A DNA stretch of 64,000 nucleotides from Octopus sinensis (taxonomy: Eukaryota), in contig NC_043009.1 of NCBI RefSeq assembly GCF_006345805.1, positions 10,540,001 to 10,604,000 on the forward strand, in the 5' to 3' direction. The first letter of the stretch is position 1. Each line of letters opens with the position of its first letter. The notes under the pieces are model-generated. The model saw only the letters and a program-made list of their open reading frames with translations. It did not search any database and was not told where the DNA came from. Shown one piece after another: positions 49,290-62,808 of the stretch. The translations under genes and the position numbers were made by a program.

Positions 49290-49439
49290 TGTGTGATGCC
49301 GTTCTATGTATCTACCAAAATGAGCAAAATCCGCAAATCCAGCTTGATGGTTCCTAGCCCTAAGACCTATGTGAAAAGTGCTCTGAATTCTTTAGGAATG
49401 TCATCCAGCACATATGGTTACTTCGCTCATAATTTATTT
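49290..49439 (+). CDS. HSD17B12: HSD17B12 exon 9
   Basis: tttcag|CVMPFYVSTKMSKIRKSSLMVPSPKTYVKSALNSLGMSSSTYGYFAHNLF|gtgagt, 150 nt. Confidence 0.95.
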
Positions 49440-49946
49440 GTGAGTATAAATGTCTAATTTTCCTTTTTTTTTTTAAAGATAATAGGAAACTGCATATAGA
49501 ACAATTTTGCTTATTCTTTAAGTCTGCTATTTATTCAATCAGTCTTTTATGCTGAACCCCTAAGTTATGGGGAGGAACAAACACAGACACGCACACACAT
49601 GCATGCATACGCATACATATGATGGGGTTCCACCGAGTTTTTGTCTGCCAAATTCACTCACAAGTTATAGGTTGGTCCTAGACTGTAATAGAAGACACTT
49701 ACCCAAGGTGCTGTGTAGTAGAACTGAACCTGAGACTGCATGATTGCAAAGCAAGCTTCTTGACCATTCAGCTATGCCTGTCCTTTTCGTAGAAAAGTTA
49801 TAGAAAAATACGTTTCAACAACTCATGGCATTTTGTGATTTTAGCTGTGAGTCCAGACTTAGCAAGTGCCAGCTGGTTTGTCTTTGGTTAGACATGTAAT
49901 GTTCTGTTTGTTCTTATTTTACTTGGCTGTAAACATTCATAAGTCT

Positions 49947-50277
49947 TTTGTTTTTAGATTTGGTTTGCAAGATTCTTTATATGAGTTCGTATGTTGAAGC
50001 ATCTTCTGTTGTGTCAGGGGAGAGTCATTTTCTTTTTGTGCTTTATAATATAACACACTCACCGGTAAAATTTCCACTTTTTTCTTATTTTTATTGTCCT
50101 ACAATTTTCGTTGCGTCTTGCAACCTTTTCGATAGTTTTGACTCAAAACTACTGAAAAGGTTGCAAGACGCAACGAAAATTTTAGGAAAAATAAAAATAA
50201 GAAAAAAGTGGAAATTTTACCGGTGAGTGTGTTATATTATAAAGCACAAAAAGAAAATGACACTCCTCAGACACAAT
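49947..50277. mobile_element. Foldback element with 12-bp TSD
   Basis: About 130-bp inverted arms centred on TTTGACTCAAA near 50140; TSD ATTCATAAGTCT at 49935-49946 and 50278-50289. Confidence 0.85.
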
Positions 50278-53024
50278 ATTCATAAGTCTAATCACAGGTT
50301 TGACAGGAAGACTAGTATTTATTTGTGGAGTCTGTGTTTGTTCCCCCACCACTGCTTGACAACCGGTGTTGGTGTGTTAATGTCCCTGTAACTTAGCAGT
50401 TCAACAAAAGGGACCCAAAATGAATAAGTACTGGGGTCAGTTTGTTCTACTAAAGGTTCAAGGTGGTGCTCCTGCATGTTCTACTAAAAATTCGAGGTGG
50501 TGCCCCTGCATAGCCACAGTCTAATGACTGAAACATGTAAAAGATAAAACATTACAACTATCAAAGGGTTTCAACTTGTATTGTGTTGCATGTTAAGAAG
50601 TATGATATATTCTGTATAGGTGCGGGTGTGGCTGTGTGGTAAGAAGCTTGCTTCCCATTCACATGGTTCTGGGTTCAGTTTCACTACCTTGCACTTTGGG
50701 CAAGTGTCTTCTATGATAGCCTCAAGCCGACTAAAGCCTTCAGTGGACTTGGTAGATGGAAACTGAAAGAAGCTCATTATATGTATGTATGTGTGTGTGT
50801 GTGTGTGTGTCTTGAGTCTGTGTTTGTCCTCATTCCCACCACTGCTTCAGAACTCGTGTTAGTGTTCTTAGATCTTAGAAACCTAGCAATTTGGCAAAAG
50901 AGACTGATAAAATAAGTATCAGTCTTAAAAAAAAATAAGTACTAGGGTTGATTCATTTGACTAAAAATTCTTCAAGGTGGTGCCCCAGTATGGCCAAAGT
51001 CTAATGACTGAAACAAATAAAAGATACTTAACGCAGGAAGTGTTAGGCACGAATAGACCATTGATTTTAATTACCAGTGACACCTGTGAGGTGTAATGAT
51101 TGTAAAATCAAAGTATCATTTTCATTTTCCTGATGTCCTCTTTCTCATACTTACATCTGTTGGATTGAATATGTTGAATTAGATTTTTCTGTGGCTTGTT
51201 TCAAAATTAGATAATGCTGCCCCATGGCCAGACATGTGTTTCACGGAAGACTGGAAACAAAGGCTTGAAAAGTGCAGCAAAAAATAAGTCATATGAATTT
51301 GTTGAAATGTATTTTTCTATAAATAACTTTTCTAAAAAACAAAAGAAAACACCAATATGGCTGGACGGTTAAGAAGCTCCCTTTGCAACCACACAGTCTC
51401 AGGTTCAGTCCCACTATGCAGTGCCTTAAGTGCCTTCTACTGCAACTTGTGCATGCACACACACACACATGCACCACCACCACGCATGCACACACACGTA
51501 TACAGACACACACGCAAAATGGGCTTCGTTCAGTTTCATCAGCATCATCGTTTAACGTCCACTTTCCATGCTAGCATGGGTTGGACGGATGACTGAGGGC
51601 TGGCGAACCAGATGGTTGCATCAGTCTCCAATCTTGATCTGGCAGAGTTTCTACAGCTGGATGCCCTTCCTAACGCCAACCACTCCAAGAGTGTAGTGGG
51701 TGCTTTTACGTGCCAGTCAGGTGGTACTGGCAATGACCTAGCTTGAATCTTTTACACATGCCACCGGCACAGGTGCCAGTAAGGCGATGCTGGTAACGCT
51801 CGAATGGTGTCTTTTACGTGCCACCGGCATGGAGGCCAGCAACAATCACGCTTGGATGGTGCTCTTTAAGGCGATGCTGGTAACGATCATGCTTGAATGG
51901 TGCCTTTTAAGTGCCACTGGCATGGAAGCTGGTTAGCTGCTCTGTCAATGGTCACACTCGTATGGTGCTCTTTGCAACCTGCTAGGACGGACGCTAGTCA
52001 TTGAATTTGATTTTGCTTTGATTTCACTTGCCTCAACAAGTCTTTGCAAGCAGAGTTTTAGTGTCCAAAGAAGGAACAAGGCTTTGGTTGGCCTGGGGCA
52101 GAAAGACAATTGCTCATACTGTGCCACTGAGCCTGAAATGATGAGGTTGGGAAGCAAATGTCTTAGAAAGTACTTGATTATTGATAACACTGTCTTGGCT
52201 TCAAATGTTTCTACCACCCATAACTACAATCAGAACTCAGCTTATCTCTGCACATCTCTGCTTGTGAAGACCTGTTGGGGCAAGTGAAATGGAAATTGAA
52301 CCAAATTCTATGACTGGCACCCAGCCGTTGCCAGTGCTGCTGGACTGACTCCTGTGCAGGTGGCAAGTAAAGAAACACCGTTTCGACCCTGTGCTTGAGG
52401 AGACCTATTGAATCAAGTACATCAACATCAAAAATCAATGGAAATTGTAGTTGTGATCCCTGTGCACATAAAAAGCACCATCCGAACGTGGCCGATGCCA
52501 GCACCGCCTTGACTGGCTTCCTTGCCGGTGGCACGTAAAAAGCACCTACCAATCGTGGCCATTACCAACCTCACCTGGCACCTGTGCTGGTGGCACGTAA
52601 AAAGCACCCACTACACTCTCAGAGTGGTTGGCATTAGGAAGGGCATCCAGCTGTAGATCAGACTGGAGCCTGGTGCAGCTTTCTGGCTTCCCAGGCCCCG
52701 ATCGAACCATCCAACCAATGATGATGATCTTACTGAAAAACTGTGCTAAACCTCTTCTATGTTTAGCTGTTGAGAAGGCATCCAGCTGTAAAAAAAATCC
52801 ATAGAATTTCTGAACAGAATCCTTCTCGTATAGAACAGATGTTAAAACACTAAAGTAAAGCTGATAGGTGTTTATCTACTTAGTTAGATTTATTTCTTGT
52901 CTTTTTAGTGTTATCAAATTCAGAATTAATTCCTTTCTCCAAGAGCCACTCCCACTATACATCTCACACAAAGATTTATTGGTTGTTAACTCTGTTTGCC
53001 TGCTCCCCCCCTCTCTCTCTCACT

Positions 53025-53057
<33 letters not shown>

Positions 53058-55762
53058 ACATATATTTACTTTCTTGAATTCAATATCTGTGTCTCTCTCT
53101 CATTCTCATAATCTTTGGTATTTTCCTTCTCTTAGAATGGTTTTGTGCTTGTGAATCTGTGTATCTATGTGCTTACTTGTGTGTGTGTGTGTGCACTGTT
53201 TAATGTTCAGTTGGGAGAAAGAGTATTCTGTTCCATAGTTGAGATAAATTCTTGCCTGTTTTGTTTAAAGTCATCTGGCATGTTATGACTATTTATAACT
53301 TGCACTGAGCAGAGAATGTGTAGGGTTTTGCGATCCCTCCATTCAGTCTCTCTGGTGTTGGTGCTACAAAATAACGTCCCCTATACAATCTGTAAAATAG
53401 TTGGTAGCAGGAAGGGCATCACGCCATAGAAACCAAACCAAATGATTCATGAAGACACCAGTCCGTGGAAGCAGCAGCTTCCCAGTAAGGAATTACTTAG
53501 ACCGTGATGACCTGACCAATCCATTCAAGCATGAAAAGCTAAAACGAAAGTGAAGATCTCTTGTCTTTTATCTTTTACTTGCTTCAGTCATGCGGCCACG
53601 CTGGGGCAATGCCTTCAAGAATTTTTAGTCAAATGTATCGACTCCAGTACATTTTGTTTTTCTTTTCTTCAAGCCAGTTAATCATTCCATCGGATCTCTT
53701 TTGCCGAACTGCTAAGTTATGGAGATGTAAATACACTAGCACTGGTTGTCAAGAGGTGATGGTAGGACACACACACAATTGGCTTTTTTCAGTTTTTGTC
53801 TACCACATCCATTCACAAGGATTTAGTTGGCCTAAGGTTATAATAGAAGATACTTGTGTGTCTGTGTTTGTCCCCCCCCCAACATTGCTTGACAACCGAT
53901 AGTGGTGTGTTTACGTCCCCGTAACTTAGCGGTTCGGCAAAAGAGACCGATCGAATAATTACTAGGCTTACAAAGAATAAGTCTTGGGGTCAACTTGCTT
54001 GACTAAAGGCGGTGCTCCAGCATGGCCACAGTCAAATGACTGAAACAAGTAAAAGAGTAAACCAAGATGTAGTATATGGTATTTAATCCAGGAATGAACT
54101 TTCAAAGTTCACCTCGGTAGGATTTGAACTCAGATTGTAGAGAGCCGGAGTGATCATCGCAAGGCCTTTGTATCAATGTTTCTTTCAATTCACTGATCTA
54201 AAAACAATATTATGTATATAGTAGTAGTAGTAGTAGTAGTAGTAGCAGCAGCAGCAGCAACAGTAGTAGTAGTAGTAGTAGTAGCAGCAGCAGCAGCAAC
54301 AGTAGTAGTAGTAGTAGTGGTAGTGGTAAGGTACCAAGGTGGTACTGAACCCGAACCATGTAGTTAGGAAACAAACTTTTAACCATACAGCTACACTTGC
54401 ACCGATTGCTTATCAGATATGCATCTCCTACATGTATATATGTAGCTGTCTGCACACACAACTAAAAGGCCATCATTTCTTGGCTGAATTAATATCATAT
54501 GATTTGTATCTTATTTATCATCTCTGTTGACAAGAAAGGTTCTGTCGGACCTTACTGGGTTTGAACCCTGAACAAAGAAGAATCCATCTCCATTCTGCAT
54601 TGCATCTAATCTTGCACAGTATTGCTTTGGCTATCTCTACTGCCCCTTGTTTATAATAGTGGGTTCAGTTCCATTGTGTGACACCTTGGATAAGGGTCAG
54701 CTTTAGGCCAACCAAAGCCTTGTTAAATAGGAACTGAAAGAAACCTGTCATTATATATATATATATATATGCCAGCGCCGCCTCGACTGGCTTCTGTGCC
54801 GATGGCACATAAAAAGCACCATCAGAATGTGGCCGATGCCAGCGCCGCCTTGACTGGCTTCTGTGCCGGTGGCACATAAAAGGCACCATCCGAACGTGGC
54901 CAATGCCAGTGCTACCTTGGCTGGCTTCCGTGCCGGTGCCACGTTAAAAGCACCAACTGATCGTGGCCGATGCCAGAACCCCCTGGCACCTGTGCAGGTG
55001 GCACGTAAAAAGCACCCACTACACTCGCGGAGTGGTTGGCGTTAAGAACACTGCCAGATCAGACTGGAGCCTGGTGCAGCCCCTGGCTTCCCAGACCTCA
55101 GTCGAACCGTCCAACCCGTGCTAACGCGGAAAATGGACGTTAAACGATGATGATGATATATATATATATATTTATAAATAAGGATAATATCGATATTTAA
55201 ATATCGTTGTATATATATGTATATATATATATGTGTGTGTATGTTTGTGTGTCTGTGTTTGTCCCCCAACATCGCTTGACAACCAGTGCTGGTGTGTTTA
55301 CGTCCCCATAAATTAGCAGTTCAGCAAAAGAGACTGGTAGAATAAGTACTAGGCTTACAAAGAATAAGTCCTGCGGTCGATTTGCTCGACTAAAGGTGCT
55401 GCTCCTGCATGGCCGCAGTCAAATGACTGAAACAAGTAAAAGAGTAAATATATTGTTGTATTATCATGATGAAAGAAAGAGATACACACCCACGCACATA
55501 CTTGCTTACCTGCTAAATGAAGTTTCAAACCACCTAGATGTAGACATTTCTCCAGAGTGAATTTTTTTTTTTACTAGGCTTTAAAAAAATAATGATGAGA
55601 TAAAGGTTACAGCAAAGAGAGCAAAATTTAACCATCAGGTTTCGATATTTGGAATTAGCCTACAAATATTTAGGAATAAATGAACGAGATACAACTTGCC
55701 TGAATGAAAGAACATCAGATGGAAATATTGACTTGGGATTGAGCTAAATGTGTTGAGTAAAT

Positions 55763-56207
55763 ATTTCGTTTTTGGATTTGGTTTGCAAGATTCTTGCACA
55801 CACAAGGAGACAGAGGTGCGTACATATACAAGCGCTTGCTCATACATAGAAAATACACAAACACGGACATGCAAGCACATAAATATGCAGGATATGTACA
55901 TACAGATGCACACACATGCATACATATATACATATGCATACACACACATATATACATACACATGCAAACACACACATACATATGTACTTACATGCATGTA
56001 TAAGCACACACACACTGACCCACACACATGCGCACAAAGAAACAAAAGGGAACACAGTGTAAATAACGGACAGAGTCAAGATTATTGAAAAGGTTGCAAG
56101 ACGCAACGAAAATTTTAGGAAAATAAAAATAAGAAATAAGTGGAAATCTTACCTGTGAGTGTGTTACATTATAAGACACAAAAAGAAAATGACTCTCCCC
56201 AGACAAT
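55763..56207. mobile_element. Second copy of the foldback family, left arm replaced by low-complexity DNA
   Basis: Same ends (TTTTGGATTTGGTTTGCAAGATTC ... CTCTCCCCAGACA); TSD TGTTGAGTAAAT at 55751-55762 and 56208-56219. Confidence 0.75.
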
Positions 56208-57504
56208 TGTTGAGTAAATTTATAACTTTTAATGCATTGGCCATACCAGTAATACGCTATAGTTTTAATGCAATAGGGTGAAAGATTAATTTAGAAGGCT
56301 TGGAGACAGAAAAACTAGAATATTAATATCTATTATCTTGTTTCAGTTATTAGATTGTAGCAATGCTTGGGTTACTGCCTTGGAGGGTTTAGTTGGACAA
56401 ATCCACTCCGGTACCTTTTTTTTTTTAATATATATATATATATATATGACTGGTGCATGTTTATCAATCCCTTTAGCTGAATTGTTAGGTTAGATGGTAG
56501 TAAACAAACCAACACTGGTTATTAGACTTTAGTTGAGGGACAGATACAGAAATACACACATGTACATACATATACACATACATGCATAGCGGGCTTCCAT
56601 ACAGTTTCTGTCGACCAAATTAACTCATAAGGTATTGGTTGGCCCATGACTTTAGAGAAGACACTTGCCCAAGGTTCCACATAGAGGGATCGAACCCAAA
56701 ACCACATGACTGCCAAGCAAGTTTCTTAGCTATGCTTGCACCTACAATTACTAATATTACATGTCGGTGTCTGGTTTTGGTTAGTGTTTGTTAAATATTC
56801 TGAAGCCAGACTAGGACCGTAAAGTGGATATATGTGTTTGCTAGAAACCGTAATAACAATAGGTGTAGAAAAAGAAAACAGGTGGCGCAAAGATACAACT
56901 TAGATTCTGAACTTGGCAGAGTGACAATACTTTGGGAGTAAATTTGCACAGACTGACAAGGAAATAATATAGAAGTATCCAGATATATCGTTGTATTATC
57001 ATGATGAGAGAAACACACACACACACTCACACGAACACTTACTTGTCTGTCTGCTAAATGAAGTTTCAATCCACTTAGATGTAAACATTTATTCAGAGAT
57101 AATTTTTTTTCTGCTAAGCCTTAAAAAAAAATTGATAAAATAATCATGGTATCAGAATTCAGGAAGCATCATAACATACAGAAAACATATGTGAACTGTG
57201 TTAGGAACGGTTCACTGATTCCACCATGCATGACGTTATAGTAAAATCACAAAGCAACACATGATTCGCTACATAACTGTGTCCCATGAAGGCTAACTTC
57301 TTATTGTGGATAAGTACAAGTTAATGAGGCAGAATAATTCTTTTACTGGATCATAGTAGATTTAATTATCATCTGATTTATTGAAGCAAGATGTCTTCAT
57401 AACAGGCAATAAAAATTAAATTTTTATGAAAATATATTCAAATTAGAATTAAAGTTTTATGATATTAAAGCTGAATAAAATTTTTGGCTACCAGAGAGTG
57501 TTAC

Positions 57505-58451
57505 CACTAGAATAAGAACAGCTGGGGCAAAGTTTAGAAAGTGACAAAGGGTCTCTCACTCAGAGTGAAAAGTAGATTGTACGATGCATGTGTGCAAACT
57601 GCCATGCTTCATGGCAGTGAAACATGGGCTGTGACTGCGGAGGACATGCATAGGCTCGAAAGAAATGAAGCTAGCATGATCCACTGGATGTGTAATGTCA
57701 GTGTGCACACACGACAGAGTGTAAGTGCCTTGAGAGAAATGTTGGACATAAGAAGCATCAGCTGTGGCATGCAAGAGAAACATTTGCATTGGTATGGTCA
57801 TGTACTATGGATGGATGAGGAGAGATGTGTGAAGAAGTGCCACTCCGAAACTGTTGAAGGTATCCAGGGTAGAGGTAGATCCAGGAAGACATGGGATGAG
57901 GTGGTCAAGCATGACCTTCGTATGTTGGGTCTTCGTATGGCTTGCAGGACGGCCTGCTATGCTTAACTTGGATTGTAGAGTGACCCGCTGTTCTTGAGGA
58001 GACTTATTGAGTGAAGTATGTCAACACCAACATCAAAATAAAAATCAAATGGAAATTGTAGTTAAGACACCTGTGCTGGTGACACGTAAAGAGCACCAAC
58101 CGATTGTGGCTGTTTGCCAGCCTCCTCTGGCCCCTGTGCTGGTGGAACGTAAAAAGCACTGTCCAAACGTGGCAGATGCCAGCGCCGCCTGACTGGCGTC
58201 CGTGTCGGTGACACGTAAAAGCACCAGCCGATCGTGGCTGTTTGCCAGCCTCCCCTGGCCCCTGTGCTGGTAGTACGTAAAAAGCACCCACTACACTCAT
58301 GGTGTGGTTGGCGTTAGGAAGGGCATCCAGCTGTAGAAACACTGCCAGATCAGACTGGAGCCTGGTGCAGCCTCCTGGCTTCCCAGACCCCGGTTGAACC
58401 GTCCAACCCATGCTAGCATGGAAAACGGACGTTAAATGATGATGATGATGA
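57505..58451 (+). mobile_element. 5'-truncated RTE LINE with 3'UTR and (GAT)n tail
   Basis: KGLSLRVKSRLYDACVQTAMLHGSETW...LHWYGHV...GRGRSRKTW followed by the ~60-bp-unit 3'UTR. Confidence 0.9.
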
Positions 58452-58620
58452 TACAAGACAAAGCTTCTTGCTCTATTATAATTAACTAATAATACTAAAA
58501 ATAACTGATTACTTACATTAGCATAAAACCATAAATTGTTTGAGAAGGGGCAAAGTGAATAGAGTATTTATTTTGCTTGTTTCCTCCAAAATAATTTTTA
58601 TCTTTTATTTTTAATTTCAG

Positions 58621-58731
58621 GGTTGGATTCTCAAAAAACTCCCCTCTTCATTGGTCACATGGCAGGTGAAAAATAAGCACCTTGGTATCCGAGCACGTCT
58701 CTATGCCAAAAAAAAAGCAAAAGCAGAATAG
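58621..58731 (+). CDS. HSD17B12: HSD17B12 terminal coding exon 10
   Basis: tttcag|GWILKKLPSSLVTWQVKNKHLGIRARLYAKKKAKAE-TAG; the C-terminal KxKxx ER-retrieval signal fits an ER elongase-complex enzyme. Confidence 0.9.
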   Translation, partial: GWILKKLPSSLVTWQVKNKHLGIRARLYAKKKAKAE

Positions 58732-58914
58732 AGAGTGGTGAGATATGTTTGTCTTTTTTCTCTCTTTTCTTGTCCTTTTATTTATTCATTTTTTAAAATT
58801 TAATTTTACATAGTTGTGTTGTTAGGAAATATCAGAAAAAACTTTAATTCTAGTTATGAATTACGCAATTTTTAAAACTTTTCCGTATAAAATATTTGTT
58901 GATTGACACACTAA

Positions 58915-59130
58915 TCTATTATATAAAATCCGTGTTCTGTCTGTCTGTCTGTGTGTGTCTTCTAGGATCTCGGGCATCCTCCATCCGATTGCGCTCAAAT
59001 TTAATATGTAGATACCGACGGTATCAGGGCGTGTATAAGTCTTGAAAAAATTACAAAAATCGATTCCAGGTGAGAATGCGATCGATAAAGCCGTGGGAAC
59101 GTGCAGTTGTACGCGCAAGTACATCAGCTG
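58915..59130 (+). mobile_element. Short Helitron-like element in the probable 3'UTR
   Basis: A|TCTATTATATAAAATCC..(GTCT)n..CATCCGATTGCGCTCAAATTT 5' signature; 3' hairpin CGTGCAGTTGTACG; CTAG end degenerate. Confidence 0.55.
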
Positions 59131-59220
59131 TTGCGTACTGTTTAAACCATGTTTGTGTTCTCCCAGTCAACAGCCTTATCATTACTGGTACTTTAAACTC
59201 TTCGGTTGCATATTTGTGTG

Positions 59221-59226
59221 AATAAA
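59221..59226 (+). promoter_or_regulatory. Candidate polyadenylation signal
   Basis: AATAAA about 490 nt after the stop codon, followed by T-rich sequence; a second AATAAA lies near 59546. Confidence 0.3.
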
Positions 59227-60164
59227 ATCATTTTTCTTTGGAATAGAAAAAAAGTCTATCTTTATTTCTTCTTTTGCTGGTGTCTCAAATTTAGGTTAAG
59301 TCAGTGTTTCTCAAAGGGGTGGCCTTTGTTTGACAACTCAGCACCATCCATTGGATGGTGGGAGTTTTGCTCATATAATATAGAATACTATCAATCTTTA
59401 GATTGTGCATGTGGTTAGCTACTGAGGTAGACTTAGTATGTTTAAAAGAAGTAAATGAACTAAGGTGAGCTAAATATCAATGCTTTATGTTAACAGTGGC
59501 ATTGATGTATATTTCTGTGGAGTTCTAAACCTCTATTTAGACCTTAATAAATCTGCCTCCCTTCGTCTATGTTCACTTCTTTATTTCTGTGCCCGTATAT
59601 ATTCCTTTCTTCACTGTGTCTCAATCCATTATCTCGCTGAAGAAAGAATAGGTTGCCACAAGAATATTCGATGAAGACTACATGCTGAAAACTGCACCAA
59701 TTATACAACTATTTTTGAAACAGCTGTAATGGAAAAATTTGCACATTTTTTGTCTTTTTTTTTTCAATTAGAAGTTTTATGTGTGATAACTGTCATCTAG
59801 CTGCCAAACTATGTCATATCAATTCGACAGACTTAACTTCTGACTCTTCCTATTCACGTTGCAGTTAAGAACTTTCAGTGACCTCCTGCAGTTTTACTAA
59901 TTTTTGCATTTGTTTTTCTCAATGTCGTATAAATATCTCATCAGCTGACCTGATGCCTGGCTAAGCGAGCAGGCCAACAGAAGAAAGAGTGAGAGAAAGT
60001 GGCGAAAGAGCACAGCAGGGACCGCCACCATCCCCTGCTGGAGCCTCATGGAGCTTTAGGTGTTTTCGCTCAATAAACACTCACAACGCCCGGTCTGGGA
60101 ATCAAAACCGCGATCCTATGACTGCGAGTCCACTGCCCTAACCACTGGGCCATTGCACCTCCAC

Positions 60165-60204
<40 letters not shown>

Positions 60205-62774
60205 AAAGGATAAGTTATAATACTATTCCACATATACAAAAACAGCCATACCAACAATCCAACATACCTCCATCATCAGCTGCCACATGGATATCATTAT
60301 GGTTTCGACACCTGGACAGTACTATTCAATCTGGTGGTGTCAACAGCTCTAAAATAAGTGTTGTTTGGAAACAAACATATTAAAGCAACCACAACTTTCA
60401 AACACATATATACGATGGGGTTCTTTCAGTTTCCGTCTACCAAATCCACTCACAAAGCATTGGTCGGGCCGGGGCTATAGCAGAAGACACTAGCCCAAGT
60501 TGCCATGCAGTGGGACTGAACCTGGAACTATGTGGTTGGTTAGCAAGCTACTTACCACACAGCCACTCCTGCGCCTATATATATATATATATAGGCATGT
60601 GTATGTATATATGCATCTGTATTAATGATATTTTGATATATAGATATGACAATAAGTTTATGTGAGTTCCATAGTGTTGAAAACATCAGGATTTCTGTTG
60701 TGTAAGTCTTGTTCTTCATCTCTTATCTTTGGTGGATTTACTTCTGTGTGTGTGTGTGTGTGTGTGTCTGATGTTTGGTGTCTGTGTGATGAGCTTCACA
60801 CCTTATATATCTTTGGTGGTCTCTCAGACATCTCCACTTGTAATGCTTTATCTAAACTTGTGTTGCATTATAATTGGGCGGTGCTGCTGTGCTAACAGAT
60901 ATCCATCATTTTAACCCTTGCCATAGCTATGTTTATAGTCAATAATACATAGTTACAAGGCAGTGAGATGGCAGAAACATTAGCACGCCGGGCGAAATGC
61001 TTAGCAGTATTTCATCTGCCGTTAGGTTCTGAGTTCAAATTCCACCGAGGTTGAATTTGTCTTTCATCCTTTCAGGGTCGAGAACTTAAGTACCAGTTAT
61101 GTTCTAGGGTTGATGTAATCGTCTTAATCCCTTTGTCTGTTCTTGTTTGTTCCCTCTACGTTTAGCTCCTTGTGGGCAATAAAGAAATAAGAAACAGTAG
61201 CATGCTGGGCAAAAGGCTTAGCAGTATTTCATTTGTCTTTACGTTCTGAGGTCGACTTTGCCTTTCATCCTTTCAGGGTTGATAAATTAAGTACTAGTTG
61301 CGTACTGGGGTCAATCTAATCGACTGGTCCCCTCCCCGAAAATGTCAGGCCTTGTGCCTAGAGTAGAAAAGAATAATACATGGTCACACACACACACACA
61401 CACAACTACACACAGATGCTACTTTTATCTTTTAGTTCTTTCAGCCATTAGACTGAGGCCATGCTGAAGCACTTCTCGACTCCAGTACTTATTTCTTTGT
61501 AAAGCCAGGCACTTATTCTATCTCTTATTCAGTCTCTTTTGCCAAGCCACTATGTTACAGGGACATAATCACACCAATACCAGTTGTCAAACAGTGGTGG
61601 GGGACAAACGCACACACACACACACACACACAGACTCACATATCTATCATCATTTTGTTTAATGTCCACTTTCCATGCTGGCATGGGTTGGACAGTTTGA
61701 CAGGAGCTGGCTAGCGGAGAGCTGTACAGACTGCAACTGTCTATTGTGGCATGGTTGGATGCCCTTCCTAATGCCAACTGCTCAACAGATTGTAAACAAT
61801 GCACTTAAGTGTGGGTGTGTGTGTACATATATATATATACACACAAAAATACATACATGCATATGCATATACAAGATGGGCTTCTTTCAGTTTCCATCAA
61901 CCAAACCCACTTTGGCTAGCCTGGGGCTATTGTAGTAGACCCAAGGTGCCACACAGTGGAACTGAACCTGAAACCATACAGTTGGGAAGCAAACTTCTTA
62001 CCACACAGCCGTGCCTGCACCATGTGCGCACATTCAGCTGTGCATTCACACTGAAGTTCTTCCTTGGCCTTGAGGAGTTGTGTAGAATGTCTTCTGACTG
62101 CTACCGAAACAACAACAATAACAACAACAACAGTGGAAGCAACAGGAAGAGAAAGCAAACTGTTCTTGTGATAAATGCATTGAGTGTTAGGGTAAAAAGC
62201 TGTTCTTATCAGTAGTTTCCTCCCTTCCGTGATAAGCAATAACTCTCGTGTGCCGTTGCAATTGGTAATTGATATACAGTTTTAGATTGTTGATGTGCAC
62301 TTGGTGAACAATGAAAATATGTAGCACACTTCTTGTGTGTCTGTGGGCCTCTTGTGAAAGTAATTATCTTGCTGAATGTTATTCTTGGTTTTTGAATTAC
62401 GAGACGTGTTAGTGTATTGGAAAAAATGCCTTTACACCATTTGTTTCACTCCTCCTAATGTTCTGAGTTCAAAACTAGCTGAGGCCTGGCTTTGCCTTGT
62501 AGTCTTTCGGAGTTTGTTAAAATGAAATACCAATCAAATACTTGAGTTTGGGGTATTTAATCACCCCTCAGCTTCACTCCCACAGCTCAGAGGTGCAACA
62601 CTTTTCTCAACTCATGAGCTGTGTCCTAGCTTTGCCCTCTTTAAACTGGCCCTAAGGGCACTAATTACAATAGGTACCCATGCAAACACATTATATATGA
62701 GCACTTCTCAATTCATGAGCTGTGTCTTAGTTTTGCTCTCTTTGAACTGGGCCTAAGGGCACAAGTCACAAAAG

Positions 62775-62808
<34 letters not shown>

